From an uncultured Verrucomicrobiae bacterium (GTDB lineage: Bacteria; Verrucomicrobiota; Verrucomicrobiia; Chthoniobacterales; UBA10450), in NCBI GenBank assembly GCA_963801815.1, contig CAWDGJ010000001.1, positions 239,914 to 303,913 on the forward strand: a stretch of DNA of 64,000 bases, given 5' to 3'. The translations under genes were made by a program, and so were the position numbers. Shown here in pieces: positions 58,978 through 64,000 of this stretch; within the stretch, counting starts at the first letter, position 1; the number at the start of each line of letters is the position of its first letter. Under the pieces are notes generated by a model. It was not told the origin of the DNA. It searched no databases and worked only from the letters and a program-made list of their open reading frames with translations.

Positions 58978-59724
58978 ATGTCTACCACTGAGCACATCCT
59001 TGGAGTTCGTTTCTTCAACGGTACGGTTGATGAGGCGGTCGATGTGATGTCGACGCACGGCGGTCTGCTTGTCGTGCCGGCGGCACCGGCCTTGTTGAAA
59101 CTACAAAGCGACGAAGGTTACCGGCGCGCTCTCGTTTCGGCAGACATGGCAATCGCGGACAGCGGCGCGATGGTTTTGTTTTGGAAGATTTTTACCGGCC
59201 GGCGAGTTGAACGCATCTCAGGCTTAAAATTTCTCAAGCGACTAGTGGCGCGACTGGCGTCGCATCCGAACGAGCGGGTGCTTTGGATTGTGCCGAGCGA
59301 AACCGCGCATCTAAAGACAATCGATTGGCTTCGCTTGGTCAACCTGGCGGGGGCTGCCGATTTCTATGTAGCGCCGCGTTACGGAGCCGAAGGGCGGGAC
59401 GACGCGTTGGCTACAAAGATCGACAATCAGCCGCCGGCGCACGTGGTGGTTGGAATTGGCGGCGGCGTCCAGGAAAAGCTCGGGCTTTTTCTAAAGGAGA
59501 ATTTGCGGGCGCGTCCGGCGATCCATTGCATCGGCGCAGCGCTGGCATTTCTCACCGGAGATCAACCGCCGATTCCGATGTGGGCGGATCGTTTTTATCT
59601 TGGGTGGTTGCTTCGTTTGCTTCGCCAGCCGCGCGTTTTCGGTCCGCGATATTTGAGCGCGCTCAGGCTGCCGGCGCTCATTTTTCGCTACCGCGAAAAC
59701 CTACCGCCTCTTGCGAAAAGCTGA
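58978..59724 (+). CDS. WecB/TagA/CpsF family glycosyltransferase
   Basis: ADMAIADS, RISG, VGIGGGVQEK, CIGAA, WLLRLLRQP. Confidence 0.85.
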   Translation: MSTTEHILGVRFFNGTVDEAVDVMSTHGGLLVVPAAPALLKLQSDEGYRRALVSADMAIADSGAMVLFWKIFTGRRVERISGLKFLKRLVARLASHPNERVLWIVPSETAHLKTIDWLRLVNLAGAADFYVAPRYGAEGRDDALATKIDNQPPAHVVVGIGGGVQEKLGLFLKENLRARPAIHCIGAALAFLTGDQPPIPMWADRFYLGWLLRLLRQPRVFGPRYLSALRLPALIFRYRENLPPLAKS

Positions 59725-59803
59725 AAAACTGAAATTCTGAAAACTGAAATGGGAGACGAATGATTCGATTTGGGATTTTCAGCGTTTCAGCGTTTCAGAA
59801 TTT
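59720..59803. repeat. CTGAAA/TTTCAG 7-8-mer inverted-repeat element
   Basis: GCTGAAAA-ACTGAAAT-TCTGAAA-ACTGAAAT ... TTTCAGCG-TTTCAGCG-TTTCAGAATTT. A half copy lies at about 6016-6049 after tRNA-Leu. Confidence 0.65.
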
Positions 59804-59806
59804 GGT

Positions 59807-61573
59807 ATGAAAATCCTTGGTCTCAACGCTTACCACGCCGATTCGGCCGCCTGTTTGTTTGTTGACGGCAAACTTGTGGCTGCGGCGGAGGAGGAACGTT
59901 TCCGACGCATCAGACATTGGGCGGGCCTGCCGACGAGCGCGATCAATTACTGTCTCGAAGAGGCAGGCGTCCGGCTGGAAGACATCGATCACGTCGCCAT
60001 CAATCACAAACCGGGCGTGAATAATTTGCGCCGGCTCGGATTCGTCCTGACTCACTGGCCGCATCCCAAATTCATGGCGCAAAAAATCAAGAACGCTCGC
60101 AGCGCGACATCGATCAAGGATGCGTTGCAGGCGACCTGCGGCACCGAAATCAAAGCGCAAGTGCATCGCATCGAACATCACCTTGCGCACCTGGCGTCCG
60201 CCTATCTGGTTTCCGGATTCAGTGAAGCGGCGTGCCTTTCGATCGACGGGTTCGGTGATTTTGCCAGTACAGCGTTTGGCGTCGGGCAGGGCCGCAACGT
60301 CAAGATCGACAACCGCGTTTACTTTCCGCATTCGTTAGGCATTTTTTACTCAGCGCTGACTCAGTTTCTTGGGTTTCCGCAATACAGCGACGAATACAAA
60401 GTGATGGGACTCGCGCCCTACGGCGAACCGAATTATCTCGAACCGCTTCGGGAGATTGTGCGGGTTCGCCCGGACGGCAGCTTTCGATTGAATCTCAAAT
60501 TTTTCCGGCATCACATCGGCAACTTTTCCTACACCTGGAAGGACAGCGCGCCCGAGGTCGGCACACTTTACCGGCAGGCCCTTGTCGATCTCTTCGGGCC
60601 GGCGCGAAAGCCGGATGAGCCGATTGAACAAAAGCACAAGGACCTCGCGCGTTCGGTCCAGACGACTTATGAGAAGGCATTCTTCGCGCTGCTGCATGCG
60701 CTTCATAAACAGCATCCCTCTGACAATCTGGCATTGGCCGGCGGCTGCGCGATGAACTCGGTCGCAAATGGCAAGGTGTATCGGCGGACGCCGTTCAAGA
60801 AATTGTACATCCCTGCCGCCGCAGGCGACGCCGGCGGCGCGATCGGAGCGGCCGCCTACGTTTTCTCAACACTCACCTCTCAGCACTCAACAGTTGATCT
60901 CTCCTCCGGCCTTCGGCCCCTGATGTCTGCTTATCTCGGCCCAGAGGCCACCGAGAAGGAAACTCTGGGACTGGTTGAATGGAAGAAAAAAGAAATCGCG
61001 GATGCGGGGTTTTCCGTTTCGTACATTGGCGATGAACAAGAACTGGTGAAACGAACGGCGCAGGCGATTGCCGATGGAAAGATCGTCGGCTGGTTTCAGG
61101 GACGAATGGAGTGGGGACCCCGCGCCTTGGGGAACCGCTCGATCCTGGCCGATCCGCGCAATGCCTCGATCAGGGACGTCTTGAACGCAAAGATCAAACG
61201 GCGCGAATCATTTCGGCCGTTCGCGCCATCGATTTTGCGCGAGGAAGTGGCCGAATGGTTTGAAACCGACGACGACGTTCCGTTTATGACGGAGGTTTTC
61301 CAGATTCGGCCGAAATACCGGGAAATGATTCCAGCGGTGACGCACGTAGACGGAACCGGTCGACTCCAGACCGTCCACAAGGAAACGAGTCCGCTCTATC
61401 ACCGATTGATCTCGCAATTTCGCGAGCTCAGCGGGGTCCCGGTGGTGCTAAACACCTCCTTCAATGGAAAAGAACCGATCGTCTGTTATCCCGAAGAAGC
61501 CCTGGAGTGCTTTCTCCGCAGCGAGATGGATTTGCTGGTCCTGGGTAACTTTTTTCTTGAGCGGAAAAGCTAA
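59807..61573 (+). CDS. NodU/CmcH-family carbamoyltransferase
   Basis: HADSAA, EEERF, EHHLAHLAS, SIDGFG, HSLG, EYKVMGLAPYG, GGCAMN, GPRALGNRS, RESFRPFAP, LNTSFN. Confidence 0.93.
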   Translation: MKILGLNAYHADSAACLFVDGKLVAAAEEERFRRIRHWAGLPTSAINYCLEEAGVRLEDIDHVAINHKPGVNNLRRLGFVLTHWPHPKFMAQKIKNARSATSIKDALQATCGTEIKAQVHRIEHHLAHLASAYLVSGFSEAACLSIDGFGDFASTAFGVGQGRNVKIDNRVYFPHSLGIFYSALTQFLGFPQYSDEYKVMGLAPYGEPNYLEPLREIVRVRPDGSFRLNLKFFRHHIGNFSYTWKDSAPEVGTLYRQALVDLFGPARKPDEPIEQKHKDLARSVQTTYEKAFFALLHALHKQHPSDNLALAGGCAMNSVANGKVYRRTPFKKLYIPAAAGDAGGAIGAAAYVFSTLTSQHSTVDLSSGLRPLMSAYLGPEATEKETLGLVEWKKKEIADAGFSVSYIGDEQELVKRTAQAIADGKIVGWFQGRMEWGPRALGNRSILADPRNASIRDVLNAKIKRRESFRPFAPSILREEVAEWFETDDDVPFMTEVFQIRPKYREMIPAVTHVDGTGRLQTVHKETSPLYHRLISQFRELSGVPVVLNTSFNGKEPIVCYPEEALECFLRSEMDLLVLGNFFLERKS

Positions 61574-61604
61574 TTATCTGCTATAGATTGGGGCCGGTTC
61601 CCAG

Positions 61605-62275
61605 ATGAAGACGCGTATTTCGTTTCTGAATTCGAGCAGCTGGTGTGCTTTGATTTTGCTGGCCCTGACGGCTGCACTTGTACCATCAAAGACCTGCGCG
61701 CAGAGTATTCTTAATGACATCGGAAGTCAAAAAAACGGCCCCGAGGAGATCGCGAATTCGTTGGTCCCGGCGCCACCAAGGACGGGAAGGGAGAAAAGAA
61801 GGAACAAATCAACGCGGCTCAATTGAAGAGCAAGAGCATGAATGACTCAACGTTTGGCGGAAGCCTGCTCAACAGCGGCCTCACTGGATCTGAGCCGAAG
61901 CTGGACGAGCAAAAACTGCGTGCCGCGCCGGCTGAAAAAGAATCCAGTGTTTCGAAGCAATCCGGCACCACGGGAAACCAGGAAAGCGCATCGAAGCAAT
62001 CCGATAGGACCAACCAGGTATCCCCGTTTTCCAACCTCTCTGAGACGGCTACCCTGGCGCAACAGCTCGATGAGCCTGAACCGGACACAACTCCTGCAAA
62101 GGAAAATGTATCCAAAGCGGCGAGCTCGAATGCCCGTGACAGCAGTTATAGCCGCAACACCGACTCTCAAAAGAAGGATCAAACCGCTGCAACGCATTCT
62201 ACTGCCTCAGATGAGAAGGCGTCACCAAGCGCGACCCCAAGAACCGCCGGCACCAAACCGGATGGCGATCGCTGA
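61605..62275 (+). CDS. Secreted low-complexity protein (frameshift about 61780)
   Basis: Signal peptide in ORF 61605-61826. The frame of ORF 61823-62275 is open upstream (DGKGEKKEQINAAQLKSKS...). Confidence 0.6.
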
Positions 62276-62284
62276 GGTTGATGC

Positions 62285-63217
62285 ATGAAAAGCTTTAGAG
62301 GATTGATCCTCGCCGCTGCGGTTTGTGGAATGGTTTCGCCATTGATGGCTGGTTCGCCCGCCGTGCAACCTGTAGACGGCGGCCTGATTCCACCGGCTAA
62401 CACTTCCGGTGTGACTGCGCCCGACGTCGCCGGTTTACAGACCACACCTCAACAAATTACTGCGGGCGCGCCGGGAACTGGCAGCAGTTACTTCGGCACC
62501 AACAACACCGGAACTCCCGGCGCTCGTGAACGAGGTGTGGCCGGCTCGGGCCTCCCGCGGGAAAAGATCGCGGAGGTGGATGCGAAAAAGCTGTCTTCAA
62601 GCAAGACTGACGCAAAATTCACCGGAAGCGTTTTGGACGCTGGTCTGAACAAGGTGAGCGCGAACGAGAAATCGCAAGATAAAGCCAATGTCCCCGTCCC
62701 TCGAGAGGGCAAAGAAAACAAATCGACGTCGACTCACTCCACCGGGAAAGCCTTCCCCCGATTCGACGAAAACAACCTCCACGAACAAGACTGGCGAAAA
62801 TCGCTGACGCGAGAAGGCACGACACAATCTCGCCGTCAGCCAGGATCATTGCTGCACCTGACACGAGGAAACAAACCGGTCGGCGATCATATCTGGTGGA
62901 TCAGTGATGTGCGGAAATTCCGGTCGCATTATCCGGCCTGGAAGTTTCGCTACGGAATGCGCGATGTTTTTTTGGAAGAGATTCATCGTGCCGTGAAAGA
63001 GGGTAATCATCCGGACGAAAACGGAAATGGTTCGCTGCAATTGCGAATGCGTCTCTCGGGAACAAACGTGGCGGATGACCTTGTCACCCGCGGCTATGCA
63101 GGCAACTGCGGGCCGAGGGCTACGGTTTTATTGACGTCCCTAAAACTGTCGCTCAGACAAATTCCTTTGTCGGATTTCTCATTGTTCAAAGCTGCGAAAG
63201 AAGACGATTTGCCATAG
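62285..63217 (+). CDS. Secreted hypothetical protein; the 3' half appears to be read-through into a gene remnant
   Basis: Signal peptide MKSFRGLILAAAVCGMVSPLMA, a low-complexity body sharing a motif with the upstream gene, then unrelated sequence. Confidence 0.55.
   Translation: MKSFRGLILAAAVCGMVSPLMAGSPAVQPVDGGLIPPANTSGVTAPDVAGLQTTPQQITAGAPGTGSSYFGTNNTGTPGARERGVAGSGLPREKIAEVDAKKLSSSKTDAKFTGSVLDAGLNKVSANEKSQDKANVPVPREGKENKSTSTHSTGKAFPRFDENNLHEQDWRKSLTREGTTQSRRQPGSLLHLTRGNKPVGDHIWWISDVRKFRSHYPAWKFRYGMRDVFLEEIHRAVKEGNHPDENGNGSLQLRMRLSGTNVADDLVTRGYAGNCGPRATVLLTSLKLSLRQIPLSDFSLFKAAKEDDLP
62870..62995 (+). pseudogene. C-terminal remnant of an NDP-sugar epimerase (CDP-paratose 2-epimerase-like)
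   Basis: GDHIWWISDVRKFRSHYPAWKFRYGMRDV..EEIHRAV resembles the C-terminus of RfbE-type epimerases. No Rossmann N-terminus nearby. Confidence 0.55.
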
Positions 63218-63357
63218 TGAAACCCCGATTTGTCTTCATAGCCTTCGGGTATCAAACGATGCAACAAGCTCATGGCCCCGCCGCTTTTTCTAGTCCTCGG
63301 TTGTGGCGCGAGGACGACGCGCCTGCTTTGCGAAAGTGTCGCGCTTGCTGTTGTCAT
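63094..63357 (-). CDS. Small hypothetical protein
   Basis: ATG at 63357; contains motif-like IPEGYEDKSGFHYG. Overlaps the doubtful 3' end of 62285-63217. Confidence 0.4.
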   Translation of the reverse strand: MTTASATLSQSRRVVLAPQPRTRKSGGAMSLLHRLIPEGYEDKSGFHYGKSSSFAALNNEKSDKGICLSDSFRDVNKTVALGPQLPA

Positions 63358-63561
63358 AACGGTCAGTCCTTTCTTGCTACAAAGATCTCGGCTTATGCAG
63401 AAAACTGCCCATCGGACCTTGGTCTCATATTTCGCCGAAGGCTTCCAAAGGCACACGGGCTGGAGGACGGCTGGCGAGATTCGAATTCTTGGTTCGAACG
63501 CTATGGTCGAGCGTACGATTCCGTTAAGCGAAACGGATCGAAAACGTTGATGTGCCAGCGC

Positions 63562-64000
63562 TCAGGCTTGTCTGCGCACGACCTGTCGCCGACACGTGGC
63601 CAGGCCGAGCAAGCTTAACGTCAGGAGCAGAAACGTTGAACCATGATCTGGAACACTGACGTTTAGTGGAATATGGCCGGGACCAATCGCAAATGGTGTG
63701 AAACTACCGCTGCCAGCGAGCAGGAACTGGCCGCCAGTGACCTGAAGTGACGGATTAGATGGAAATGTGAAGTCGAGGTGGACACCATAGAAGTCGAACG
63801 GTTTTTGTAACTGATCGTTCGGCGTGCCGTTCTTGTCTTTGAGAAGAGGAAAGAGACCGATACTCAATGAAGCATCGTTGCCCGACTCCCTGCCAGTAAC
63901 TCCGAATCCAGGAAGGGCGTTCCCATTTGCGTCAATGAGATAGCCACTGCCATCAAGAAATCCTAAAAGCCCAGACCCATTTCGTTTGAAGGATTATTTC
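63562..64000 (-). CDS. VPDSG-CTERM-type exosortase substrate, 3' part (starts beyond the right edge)
   Basis: C-terminal VPDHGST + TM + RRQVVRR. The frame is open up to 63993; the in-frame TAA there would be bypassed by a 1-nt change in the A-run near 63980. Confidence 0.8.

Overview
Bacterial chromosomal window, most likely from a soil Verrucomicrobiota (Chthoniobacterales-like) genome; this is inferred from two VPDSG-CTERM-type proteins and abundant REP/heptamer repeats. It is mostly housekeeping and metabolic genes: recR, treZ, a glycogen debranching enzyme, tmk, holB, fabG, msrA, pgl, murJ, a glutamate dehydrogenase, fahA, glnD, pgi, icd and two tRNAs. Several genes carry single-base frameshifts that look like long-read assembly errors. 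The most striking locus is a minus-strand operon at 33.2-40.5 kb. It encodes a cytoplasmic PpiC/foldase-like protein, a peptidase-containing ABC transporter with two intact-looking cNMP-binding domains and a complete C39 catalytic set, a HlyD adaptor and a sensor-less sigma54 activator. These are followed by three small Lys-rich peptides sharing a leader motif D-(L/M)-x-P-(K/R)-x-(D/N)-x-x-(G/A)-G, two of them with tandemly repetitive cores. A fourth peptide with the same leader, absent from the ORF track, lies about 28 kb away at 5500-5667. The second notable feature is an integrase-less integron platform (promoter, attI-like site, one methyltransferase cassette, attC) at 4.6-5.4 kb. Also seen: the 5' end of a type I PKS divergent from an AsnB-type amidotransferase, a tRNA 5'-half duplication next to a GIY-YIG gene, and several degenerate or rearranged proteins. 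All family calls come from motif recognition by eye; no searches were run.
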